A stretch of 14,608 nt of DNA from Bacteroidia bacterium (GTDB lineage: Bacteria > Bacteroidota > Bacteroidia > J057 > JAIXKT01), in the NCBI GenBank assembly GCA_026932145.1, contig JAIXKT010000040.1:1-14608 (forward strand), in the 5' to 3' direction. The notes below the pieces were generated by a model. The model worked only from the letters and a program-made list of their open reading frames with translations, was not told the DNA's origin and ran no database searches. A program made the translations under genes and the position numbers. This document shows positions 1 to 8,227 of this stretch, one piece after another. Within the stretch, counting starts at the first letter, position 1; every line of letters starts with the position of its first letter.

Positions 1-128
1 GTTTTCAACATTCATACAGCTAAATTAATGATATCCTTGCGTAACATCAGTGAATAAAAATATTCTTAGTATTAATTGTTCTTTTAGAAAAAAGTTGTAT
101 ATTGCAAAATATTTAATTTTATACAGCT

Positions 129-842
129 ATGAAGTATGTTGTACTATTTTTAATCACGTTATTTTTGCCCTTTTGGGGCAAGTCGCAACAGTCTTTTGCC
201 GAACAAACTGGAGAAATTCATTCAGTTACAATTTATTTTCCGGAGGCAAAAAATATGGATATTGCGCGAAACTATCTAACAACCCTAAACGGTGTTGTAG
301 AAACTGCTCCTTGTACTTGGCACAAAAGTATTGGAGTTCGTTTCCTCAGTAATGTTACCTGCCCAGAAACCATTGTGCAGTATTTGGTTTCTAAAAAAAT
401 AGCTGCTGAAAAAACAGATATAAACCTTGAAGAACTGAATAATCTATGCAGTACTAAATCTCTTCCCGAAAATACCAAACCGGTTCATACGATACCTTCT
501 ATCTATGAAAAAAGCAAGCAAATTGTCTATAACCCGGAAGCAAAAACGAATAACTCGAAAAATCCTAACAACACTATTGATGCTAGCAACCCACAACCGC
601 TACCGACAACTGCTCTCAATGGAGAACCGTTATATCAGCCTACAGGGAATCAAGCAGCAGACCAAGAACGTTATGCAGCCGCAAAACTCGCTTGGAAAAA
701 ACAACAAGATGCCCAAAATACACCTAAAAACGAAGCAAAATACTCCGAAATTATCAATGCAAACACCACTAATTTAACTCCCGAAGAAGAAAAAAAATTA
801 CGTGAAGCAAAAGAAAATTATCTAAAACAACCTGCCGAATAA
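129..842 (+). CDS. Hypothetical secreted protein. It has an N-terminal signal peptide, a ~90-aa Cys-containing N-terminal domain and a long N/P/K/E/Q-rich low-complexity C-terminal tail.
   Basis: ATG at 129 followed by a hydrophobic signal-like N-terminus (MKYVVLFLITLFLPFWG). Uninterrupted 237-codon ORF. It ends 41 bp upstream of the giant secreted-protein gene on the same strand, so it is probably co-transcribed with it. No recognisable catalytic motif. Confidence 0.5.
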   Translation: MKYVVLFLITLFLPFWGKSQQSFAEQTGEIHSVTIYFPEAKNMDIARNYLTTLNGVVETAPCTWHKSIGVRFLSNVTCPETIVQYLVSKKIAAEKTDINLEELNNLCSTKSLPENTKPVHTIPSIYEKSKQIVYNPEAKTNNSKNPNNTIDASNPQPLPTTALNGEPLYQPTGNQAADQERYAAAKLAWKKQQDAQNTPKNEAKYSEIINANTTNLTPEEEKKLREAKENYLKQPAE

Positions 843-883
843 ATCTCAACTATTCATAAATCAACTAATCTCTTTAAAAAACC

Positions 884-3800
884 ATGAAAAAGATCTTTAT
901 TTTACATTTATTGCTCTTTCTTTTTGTACTATCATCGCAGGATGCTTTAGGGCAATGTATTGGCGGTACCCGTTACCCAAATACAGTATTTACACCAACG
1001 AACAATTGGCAAACAGCAACAACAACGGCTTATGCAGGGCAATATGCTCGTTACAATGTTGTTAATGGTGTTACCTATGAATGGTCAACTTGTTCTTCTG
1101 ACGGTGGAAACGCAAGCTATGATTCTTATCTAACCGTACAAACCAATGCCGGAGCTCCTGTAGCATTAGCTTGGGCAGACAATACCTGCGGAGATGATGC
1201 CCGTGTTCAATGGACAGCAACATTCACAGGAACAATACGAGTATTGATTTCTCAGGCTGGCTGTGCTACCAACACTTCATTTACAACCCTTGTTTATCGA
1301 ATTTACAATACGCCTCCGGCCAATGATAATTGCGCTTCGGCCACGACTCTTACCCCTGGCCTTCCGGGTGTTGCTTGCGCGCCGGTTACGGGAAATACAC
1401 TGGGTGCAACATCATCAGGAGTTGCCGCCTGCGCTTCGGGGTCCACTGCCGATGATGACGTTTGGTACGTCTTTACAGCAGCAGCAACCGGACTACATAC
1501 CGTTCAGGTAACAGGCTCTACAAATTTTGACCCGGTAATTGAGGTATTTAACGCCGGTGCTTGCGGAGCCTCCAGTATGGGCTGCTTAGACTCAACCGGA
1601 CAAGGCGGCATCGAGGCTTATACCTTCAACGCAATAGCAGGAAATACTTACCGCATCCGTGTTTATGACTTCTACACCGGTTATCCAAATACAACAACTT
1701 TCGATATTTGCATTACCAGACCTCCAACAGCCCCACCGGTAAACGATAACTGTGCCGGAGCTACGGTACTTGTCCCTTCAGCAGTAGCTAACTGGACTGC
1801 CGGAACAGTTGCAAACGCAACAGGATCTGGATTAGCTACTTGTGGCGGTACAGCCGAAGATGATGTGTTTTATAAATTTGTAGCCACTACCACAGAAGTA
1901 ACCATCTATGTAAGACCTTCGGCCAGCATGGATCCGGTTATCCATATTTTTAGTGGAACTTGCGGAACAAGTATTGGATGTGTGGATGCTACTTTAGCCG
2001 GACAGTTAGAGATAGTATTTTTCAGTGGTTTAACCATCGGAAGTACTTATACTATTCGTGTTTATGATTATAATGCAACAGCACCTGCTACCAAAACTTT
2101 TGATATTGCTGTGGTGAGCACTGCTAAAACTTGTGCTACCGCTAAGCCAATCACTACCTTACCGTACTATGAAAGTTATGCAAGTACTTTTGGTTCAAGT
2201 ACTTTAACACGCCCATTTACAGGGAGTTGTGGAACAAACAATAACACCGGCTGGTTGTACCAGGGAGCAGGCCACGATTTACTATATCAATATACACCAA
2301 CGAGCAATGAGTGCATCACAGTAGGGATAAGTAGAGCAGATGCACCCATTACGGTTGGGGTTGGAGTAGCTGCGTATGCCGGCTGCCCGGGTGCTGCCGG
2401 AACTACCTGTGAGGGTATCTTTTCTAATACACAAGTTTATGGGGGTTCTTATTTAGGAGACTTTAACGCTTCCGGAACCTTTTGCCTAAGAAGTGGAATT
2501 ACTTACTATTTCTTGATTACAACTAATAGTGCTCTTGTCAATCAGACTATTTTGGATGTTTCTTTTACTCGGATACCGGAGTCTACTAATGATTTACCAT
2601 GTAGTGCCACGTCTTTAACGGTTGGGAATATGGTGGAGGGGGCATTGTGTGTACCTGCGGCTGGTGCAGAAGAGCCGGGTACTCCTGCTTGCTGGACTGG
2701 TGGCGGAAATTTAAACACCGTATGGTATAAATTTGTAGCTACCTCGAGTTCAATGACTGTAAATGTAGATCCCTTAGAGCGGGGAATTATCTTAAATTTT
2801 GCCACTAATTATGCTGGCTTACCATTCATCCCGCAAACAGCAGTTTATACAGGTGTCTGTGGGCCTGGCCTCGCCGAAGTAGCGTCTTCTTGTGCAAGGC
2901 TAAGCACCAATAATTGTGGCGGATCAACTATCTCTGCAATATCTAACCTGACCGGTTTAGTAGTAGGAAATACTTACTATGTTCGGGTAGATGGCTATGC
3001 AAATATGAGAGGAGCATTTCGTATTTATGTTCGGGATAATAGCTTTGTAACACAACTTGCTCTCCAAGAGTGCCAAACGAAGCAGCGAATATGTAGGAAT
3101 ATAACATCTGTGGGAGACCCTGGCTTCTTTGGCAGTGGAACTGTATGCGATATGCCGGCAGCAGGAAGCGGTTGCTTGCTTAACGCTGAAAGAAATGCCG
3201 TTTGGTATGAATTCGTTGCGCAGAGTAGTATTCCTCTTAATTTTGATATTATACCGAATAACCCTGTTGTGGATTATGACTGGGCTTTGTATGATATGTC
3301 CACTGCTACTTGTGCTACCATCCAATCTGGGGCAGCAACGCCGGTTCGCTGTAATTATTCAGGGATAAGTGGCAATACCGGCCTAAGTGCAGCTGGGGTA
3401 TGTACATCTTGTGGAGGAGGTGATAAACCCTATGCTTCTTCATTACCGTTGGTTGCCGGTAGAACTTATACCCTGGTAATATCAAACTGGTCTGGCCAAA
3501 ATTCGGGCTTCTCCATCAAAATAAACTCTCCGAATGCTTTGGATTATTCAATGCCCACTTCAATTGTTTGGACTGCCGGTGGCAATTCTTCGGATTGGTT
3601 TAACCCAGATAATTGGGGAGGATGCGGGGTTCCAGCCTGCAATATCACTGCTAATATTTTTCCAGGCCCTAAATTTCAGCCTTTCATAAATAAAGACGGA
3701 GCTATCGCCAACACAATTAACATTCAACCGGGTGCCTCCTTAACAGTTGATATAGGAATAGCCCATCAATTATGTGGCGATTTCAACCTGATGCTTGGAG

Positions 3801-5575
3801 GAACATTTACAACAAATACAGGCTCAACTACTTTATTCCGAGGCAGTGCTAACCAAACTATTACTGGAAACTTCAATGGAATCAACCAGTTTATGGATAT
3901 TATCAGCCAAAAAACAGCGGGAACCTTAGCTTTGGCTAACGACATCACGCTTGGCGGAAACTTTAGTAATGAAGATGGTAATTTCTCACTCGGAGCCAAT
4001 AACCTTTATGTGGCAGGCGATATTCGAAACAGTGGCGTTATTACAGCAGGCACCAGTACCGTACACCTAAACGGAACCGGAACACAAAATATCTATGGAG
4101 CGTGGATAGGTACAAACGCTTTCTATAACCTAAGGATCAACAAATCTATGGGAACAACCTATCAGCAAAATGCTGTTAATGTTTCCAATGATTTCACAAT
4201 TGTTACTTCTACTTCTGAATTTGACCAAAATGCCTACGTATTGCGAGTAGGTAGAGACTTCAATCAAAGTGGTAGGTTTTTGCATAATAACGGAACGGTG
4301 GTATTCTTTGGTACCGGTGCTCAATCTTATACTAAAAATGTAGGTGCTTTTGGGGACTTCTATAATGTAACCATGAGTAATTCCGGTGCCGGCTTAAATC
4401 TAAATAATGATATGTTGATTTCCGGAGTACTAAACTTCAGTGATGGAGTTATGCACACAGGCTCAAATAAAGTGCTTGTATCCAATACTGCTTCCGGAGG
4501 GGTTACTCGTACCGGATTAGGCCATGTGGACGGATTACTTCGCAGAAATATAGTGAGTGCCGGCACACCGACCTATCTCTTTCCTATGGGGCAATCAGCT
4601 AAGGCTGATTACCGCAGGCTCGATATGAAAGTAAACACATTAACCGGAAGCGGAAGCGAATATGTAGATTGTAGCTGGAATGGAACTGCTTGCAATAACT
4701 CAGGAGGAGCTTCTTGGCCAACAATAGACGGAATAGAGCTTGGTGGTGCAGGAAATGCCGGTAAATGGTACCTTGAACCCAGCTTTTCTATCACCGGAAT
4801 TAACTACGATATGTATTTATACACAGCCGGTTTCACTGGTTTGGCAGATAACGGCTTTATCGCAATCAGCCGCCCAAATGGGAGTACTACCAAAACAGAC
4901 TGGGTAGGCGGTGGAACCATCCCCACAGCTGGCTCTGCCGGCAGAACCGTAGCCAGTGGATACGCACTCAGAAAAGGAATTACAATCTTCAGCGAGAAAA
5001 CTATTGGCGACGGCACACCGCTCCCAGTAACGTTGATGGATATTTCTGCTAAACCAGCCGGAAATGCTATCCAAATAAGTTGGGTAACTGCCAAAGAAGT
5101 AAATAACGCAGGATTTGATTTAGAACGTAGCTTAGATGGCGTATCATTTAATAAAATTACATGGGTAAAAGGTAATGGAACTACCTCCACCACACAAAAC
5201 TATGGCTTCTTAGATGCTAATGTAACTTCAAATACCCGCTATTATTACAGAATTCGCCAAGTAGATTTTGACGGCAGTTTCAATTATTCTAATGTTGTAG
5301 ATGCTACCTTGATTTCTGACCAAGAAAAATGGTATTCCTTATTCCCAAATCCAAGCAATGGACAACTTAGCTTAACTTTTAGCACCCCAATAACCGGAAG
5401 TGTTCAGGTAATTGTTTACAATACCATCGGCCAGTCGGTCTATAAAAATAACTGGCAGCTAAATACGAAGAATAACCTAAGCCTAAATCTATCTGAATTA
5501 GCAGAAGGAACTTATAATTTAGTGGTACAGTTTGAAAACCAATCGTTTACAGAACGCTTGATAATTAAACGATAA
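884..5575 (+). CDS. Giant (1563 aa) secreted cysteine-rich cell-surface protein that is T9SS cargo. It has a signal peptide, tandem PPC-like modules, a beta-helix-like N/G/T-rich repeat region, an FN3-like domain and a Por/T9SS C-terminal sorting domain.
   Basis: N-terminal signal peptide MKKIFILHLLLFLFVLSSQDALGQ. Repeated ~130-aa modules carry the conserved PPC-like motifs D-D-D-V-W-Y-x-F and G-x-T-Y-x-I-R-V-Y-D (nt ~1450-1473, 1855-1878, 2713-2740, 3193-3220). The last ~78 residues match the T9SS/Por C-terminal domain pattern (LFPNPSNGQLSLTF...VQVIVYNTIGQSV...GTYNLVV...). No internal stops over 4.7 kb. Confidence 0.85.
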   Translation: MKKIFILHLLLFLFVLSSQDALGQCIGGTRYPNTVFTPTNNWQTATTTAYAGQYARYNVVNGVTYEWSTCSSDGGNASYDSYLTVQTNAGAPVALAWADNTCGDDARVQWTATFTGTIRVLISQAGCATNTSFTTLVYRIYNTPPANDNCASATTLTPGLPGVACAPVTGNTLGATSSGVAACASGSTADDDVWYVFTAAATGLHTVQVTGSTNFDPVIEVFNAGACGASSMGCLDSTGQGGIEAYTFNAIAGNTYRIRVYDFYTGYPNTTTFDICITRPPTAPPVNDNCAGATVLVPSAVANWTAGTVANATGSGLATCGGTAEDDVFYKFVATTTEVTIYVRPSASMDPVIHIFSGTCGTSIGCVDATLAGQLEIVFFSGLTIGSTYTIRVYDYNATAPATKTFDIAVVSTAKTCATAKPITTLPYYESYASTFGSSTLTRPFTGSCGTNNNTGWLYQGAGHDLLYQYTPTSNECITVGISRADAPITVGVGVAAYAGCPGAAGTTCEGIFSNTQVYGGSYLGDFNASGTFCLRSGITYYFLITTNSALVNQTILDVSFTRIPESTNDLPCSATSLTVGNMVEGALCVPAAGAEEPGTPACWTGGGNLNTVWYKFVATSSSMTVNVDPLERGIILNFATNYAGLPFIPQTAVYTGVCGPGLAEVASSCARLSTNNCGGSTISAISNLTGLVVGNTYYVRVDGYANMRGAFRIYVRDNSFVTQLALQECQTKQRICRNITSVGDPGFFGSGTVCDMPAAGSGCLLNAERNAVWYEFVAQSSIPLNFDIIPNNPVVDYDWALYDMSTATCATIQSGAATPVRCNYSGISGNTGLSAAGVCTSCGGGDKPYASSLPLVAGRTYTLVISNWSGQNSGFSIKINSPNALDYSMPTSIVWTAGGNSSDWFNPDNWGGCGVPACNITANIFPGPKFQPFINKDGAIANTINIQPGASLTVDIGIAHQLCGDFNLMLGGTFTTNTGSTTLFRGSANQTITGNFNGINQFMDIISQKTAGTLALANDITLGGNFSNEDGNFSLGANNLYVAGDIRNSGVITAGTSTVHLNGTGTQNIYGAWIGTNAFYNLRINKSMGTTYQQNAVNVSNDFTIVTSTSEFDQNAYVLRVGRDFNQSGRFLHNNGTVVFFGTGAQSYTKNVGAFGDFYNVTMSNSGAGLNLNNDMLISGVLNFSDGVMHTGSNKVLVSNTASGGVTRTGLGHVDGLLRRNIVSAGTPTYLFPMGQSAKADYRRLDMKVNTLTGSGSEYVDCSWNGTACNNSGGASWPTIDGIELGGAGNAGKWYLEPSFSITGINYDMYLYTAGFTGLADNGFIAISRPNGSTTKTDWVGGGTIPTAGSAGRTVASGYALRKGITIFSEKTIGDGTPLPVTLMDISAKPAGNAIQISWVTAKEVNNAGFDLERSLDGVSFNKITWVKGNGTTSTTQNYGFLDANVTSNTRYYYRIRQVDFDGSFNYSNVVDATLISDQEKWYSLFPNPSNGQLSLTFSTPITGSVQVIVYNTIGQSVYKNNWQLNTKNNLSLNLSELAEGTYNLVVQFENQSFTERLIIKR
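1319..3465 (+). repeat. Protein-level tandem repeat inside the giant CDS: about five to six diverged PPC-like beta-sandwich modules of ~130 aa each, with conserved Cys pairs.
   Basis: The translated sequence shows recurring NDNC..A..L....ADDDVWY.F......V.V......DPVI..F...CG....C.D......F.A..GNTY.IRVYD. The modules have diverged at nucleotide level, so this is not a DNA repeat. Confidence 0.55.
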
Positions 5576-5593
5576 CTCTTGTTTCTTTGTTTT

Positions 5594-5634
5594 CAAAACG
5601 GACTGTAATTAGTTACAGTCCGTTTTGTATTTTA
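5594..5634 (+). terminator. Rho-independent terminator downstream of the giant CDS.
   Basis: Perfect 15-bp stem (5594-5608 pairs with 5613-5627, CAAAACGGACTGTAA / TTACAGTCCGTTTTG) around a 4-nt loop TTAG, followed by a T-rich run (GTATTTT). It sits 19 nt after the TAA stop at 5573-5575. Confidence 0.65.
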
Positions 5635-5678
5635 GTGCGCTCATAGAAAGTGAAAAATAAGTTTTGAAAAACGACATT

Positions 5679-6947
5679 ATGCCTGAACCCTTGATACACA
5701 ATAAGTTTATTTTCAGGAACGTCCAAATTATTGATACTGAATCTATTTGGAATGGAAGAATTGGAAATTTAGTTATCGAAAACGGGCTTATTAGGGATTT
5801 TTTACCGTCAAATGAACCCATTTCTGATGACATTCCTCAATGGAAAATTGACGGATACAGCATTTCTACCGGTTGGGTAGATAGCCGCGTATCAGGCATC
5901 AAGTCAATAGATGATTTTTTAAGCAGTGCTTTAAAAGGCGGTTTTACAGATGTTTTTTATTACCCACAACTACCAATCCCCTCAGAAGAACCAAGTTATA
6001 TTGAGGGTTTAAACCAGAAATTTAACACCCAAGTTATTGATATTCACTTAATACTACCATTAACCCAATTGGGAAAAGGGATTTCAATAGCACCATATTC
6101 GAGCCTAAATAGCCATTGGTTTGGGGACGGCCTAAATCCTGTTTTACCCGAAATTTTATTGCGGGCTTTACAATACCAAAAAAGTTTAGCAAATAATTTG
6201 TTAATAGAAAGCCCGCAATATCCTCAACTGACGGCAGGCAGCTATGCCCATGAAGGCTATACCCAATCTAAGCTGGGACTACCTGCATCTCCGGCGTTTG
6301 TAGAGCCACTTGCGGTGCATCGCTCTATCACTTTGTTGCAGCATAGTGGCGGTAACTTACTCTTAGGGCCAATTTCACTGCCAGAAACCTTGCGAGAAGT
6401 CCTTATAGCACAGCAACGGCTATCACCTCAATCAACTTTGTCGGCTGAAGTTTCTGTTCCCTATTTATGTTTCAATGATGAGTCCTTAATGACCTTAAAT
6501 CCTGCATTTAAGCTAACACCCCCACTTCGAGATGATTTTTCGATAGAAAAAATGCGCCAAATGATAGTAGAAAACCCAACAGTCATTTTATCGTCAGGGC
6601 ATCAAACAATGCCTTCAGAAAACAAAAAACTTCCTTTCTTTGATGCCTTAGGGGGCTTGCAGTTAGCACCTTGGGCAGTTCCCCTATCTTATGCTGCTTT
6701 AGGAGAAAAATTACCCATTGACATTTTTCTAAAGATGGTTACAACTATACCCAGAAAAGTTTTTGGATTACCAGAAATCAAAATTGAAAAAGGATTTCCG
6801 GCTAAATTGACTGTATTTAAGCAGGAAAAGATAGAACAAAACTACTCTCCTGCCAGTTTATTGCAAAACTTTCCGGGCTTTAACACTTTGAATTTACCCA
6901 TTTCGGTAAAGGCTACGCTTAACAACCAGAATTTTACCAGAATTTAA
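5679..6947 (+). CDS. Dihydroorotase-like amidohydrolase-fold protein. It appears catalytically degenerate (a pseudo-DHOase, PyrC-prime-like).
   Basis: It aligns by eye along its whole length with type-I dihydroorotases (KGGFTDV..P; LGLPASPAFVEP.AV.R...L; SAEVSVPYLCFND..L..LNP..KLTPPLR; G.L.LAPWAVPL). Where canonical DHOases have the HxH metal-binding motif (D-x-H-V-H) this protein reads WVDSRVSG, and where they have ..DHAPH.. it reads SSGHQTM. The start is ambiguous: the ORF track begins at a TTG at 5664, and I chose the first ATG at 5679. Confidence 0.6.
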   Translation: MPEPLIHNKFIFRNVQIIDTESIWNGRIGNLVIENGLIRDFLPSNEPISDDIPQWKIDGYSISTGWVDSRVSGIKSIDDFLSSALKGGFTDVFYYPQLPIPSEEPSYIEGLNQKFNTQVIDIHLILPLTQLGKGISIAPYSSLNSHWFGDGLNPVLPEILLRALQYQKSLANNLLIESPQYPQLTAGSYAHEGYTQSKLGLPASPAFVEPLAVHRSITLLQHSGGNLLLGPISLPETLREVLIAQQRLSPQSTLSAEVSVPYLCFNDESLMTLNPAFKLTPPLRDDFSIEKMRQMIVENPTVILSSGHQTMPSENKKLPFFDALGGLQLAPWAVPLSYAALGEKLPIDIFLKMVTTIPRKVFGLPEIKIEKGFPAKLTVFKQEKIEQNYSPASLLQNFPGFNTLNLPISVKATLNNQNFTRI

Positions 6948-6952
6948 CTTAG

Positions 6953-7681
6953 GTGTTTCAAAGAACAAGCGGCTTTATTCTTAGGGTAACCGCGTATCAA
7001 GATAATAGTCAGATACTTAGTGTTTTTACGAAAGAGTTTGGAATCTGTTCTTTTATCCTTAAACGCTCTCAAAGTTTTCGTGCCAATAAAAGTGCGCTTT
7101 TACTGCTTTTAAATCAGGTAGAAATTATTTATCTTCATAAAGAGAAAAGAGACGTTCAATTAGTAACTGAAATCAATTTACTGCGTTATTATCAAACATT
7201 CTATTTGGAAACAACACGGGCAATTTACTTACAGTTGTGGGTTGAGGTGCTGCGAAGTGTTTTATTGGATTTCGGCTATCAACCGGAAATTTATCAATGG
7301 TTAGGCCAGTTTTTACACCAGTTAGATGAACTAAGCGACACTATTTTTGAAAGAACCATCATCGGTTTCGCTGAATTAGCACAACTCCTTGGGTATCTTC
7401 CTGATATTGATGACACTTGGGGGGCACAACCCATCCGCTTAAATGAAGTTTTAGGAATATTTGAAAAAACAACCCCTAATAACTCTGAAATTGTTCCAAT
7501 ACTTATCATAAATTTAATCTTACAACATGAAAAAGGTACGGCACTAACAAAAATTCCGAAAGAATATCGGCAGCGTATGCTACAATGTTGGTTCAAAATC
7601 TTTCAGATACATATTTCTCATTTCAAACCCCCAATTTCATTAACTATTTGGGAATCAATATTCAAGGGAATTAAAGAATAA
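6953..7681 (+). CDS. recO: DNA repair protein RecO (recombination mediator).
   Basis: The N-terminus (T.GFILR...Y.D.S.ILSVFT.EFG) matches the conserved RecO OB-fold start. The protein is 242 aa and the helical middle region has the Bacteroidota-type pattern (L.QLDEL...). The start is GTG at 6953, directly after an in-frame TAG and 5 nt after the upstream gene's stop, which indicates co-transcription or translational coupling. Confidence 0.7.
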   Translation: MFQRTSGFILRVTAYQDNSQILSVFTKEFGICSFILKRSQSFRANKSALLLLLNQVEIIYLHKEKRDVQLVTEINLLRYYQTFYLETTRAIYLQLWVEVLRSVLLDFGYQPEIYQWLGQFLHQLDELSDTIFERTIIGFAELAQLLGYLPDIDDTWGAQPIRLNEVLGIFEKTTPNNSEIVPILIINLILQHEKGTALTKIPKEYRQRMLQCWFKIFQIHISHFKPPISLTIWESIFKGIKE

Positions 7682-7714
7682 ATTAGCCGCTAAAAAAACG
7701 GATTCATCTCAAGG

Positions 7715-8227
7715 CTAATGAATTTCTGCTCCCAAAGAATCTGACTCCGGAATATCATTTGGTCGCTCGTAACGATGATAATTTTCAAATTGTTCTTTAT
7801 TAAACTGTCTTTTATCCATTTTGAATATAGTTATCAAAAGAGCATACGAGAGAATATTAGCAATCAAAATCATTATCCATCTGTGTGATTTTGGCATAGT
7901 ATTTTCTCTTTTATGTAACCAATAGCCTTCTATCAAAACTGAAGTTGCAAAAGCTACGAATAGAAAAGTAACCGGGTCATCGTTTGAATGAAACAAGGCT
8001 GCGACAAAACCGACTATTGTAGTAATCAGGTTTATCAACGTAGAGTCAATGAGTACATTTCTCCACGTTCCCCAGTTAAAGAGCTTAAAAACAGTAGCTT
8101 CTATAAGAGTAACTGCTATTTGGAGCGATAGGAAGCCCAAAATTCCAAAAGAATTTTGGGCTTCCATCCAGCTATAACCTATCAAAACATCCGCTAACCC
8201 TGTAGAAGAGTCTAAAAAACAGAGCAT
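7715..8227 (-). CDS. Small integral membrane protein (170 aa) with about four predicted TM helices and a charged C-terminal tail. It is translationally coupled to the upstream MVP-like gene.
   Basis: There are four hydrophobic segments (e.g. GILGFLSLQIAVTLIEATVF; LINLITTIVGFVAALF; VTFLFVAFATSVLIEGYW; WIMILIANILSYALLITIF). Its ATG (8227-8225) overlaps the TAA stop of the upstream gene (8229-8227) as TAATG. The family is not recognised. Confidence 0.6.
   Translation of the reverse strand: MLCFLDSSTGLADVLIGYSWMEAQNSFGILGFLSLQIAVTLIEATVFKLFNWGTWRNVLIDSTLINLITTIVGFVAALFHSNDDPVTFLFVAFATSVLIEGYWLHKRENTMPKSHRWIMILIANILSYALLITIFKMDKRQFNKEQFENYHRYERPNDIPESDSLGAEIH

Noticed and set aside
50-777. Alternative-frame ORFs 50-352 (+), 272-478 (-) and 505-777 (+) overlapping the first CDS.
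   Set aside because: They overlap the signal-peptide-bearing 129-842 ORF and have low-complexity or odd composition (e.g. lysine-rich from the A-rich tail in another frame). The 129-842 frame is the most protein-like and the longest.
1263-5193. Multiple 60-130-aa ORFs on both strands inside the giant gene (e.g. 1263-1511 +, 2542-2805 -, 2957-3325 -, 3129-3368 +, 3766-3999 -, 4130-4324 -, 4360-4566 -, 4609-4794 -, 4804-5193 -, 4817-5074 -).
   Set aside because: All are fully embedded in the 4.7-kb ORF, whose domain structure is coherent end to end. They have no signal, motif or family resemblance, and they are the expected shadow ORFs of a long gene.
884-5575. I considered calling the giant protein a secreted protease or collagenase because PPC domains usually accompany such enzymes.
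   Set aside because: No peptidase active-site motif (e.g. HExxH, Ser/His/Asp triad context, or subtilisin GTSMA) is visible anywhere in 1563 residues. The PPC-like modules appear to be the structural body of the protein itself.
5609-5833. Minus-strand 74-aa ORF spanning the terminator loop and the start of the DHOase-like gene.
   Set aside because: It overlaps a terminator hairpin and the 5' end of a gene with clear homology, so it is implausible as a coding region.
7294-7596. Minus-strand 100-aa ORF inside recO.
   Set aside because: It is embedded antisense in recO and has no features.
7682-7718. Possible bidirectional terminator between convergent recO and the membrane-protein gene (TTAGCC...GGCTAA).
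   Set aside because: It has only a 6-bp stem with a ~24-nt A-rich loop, which is too weak to call. Termination here may rely on other signals.
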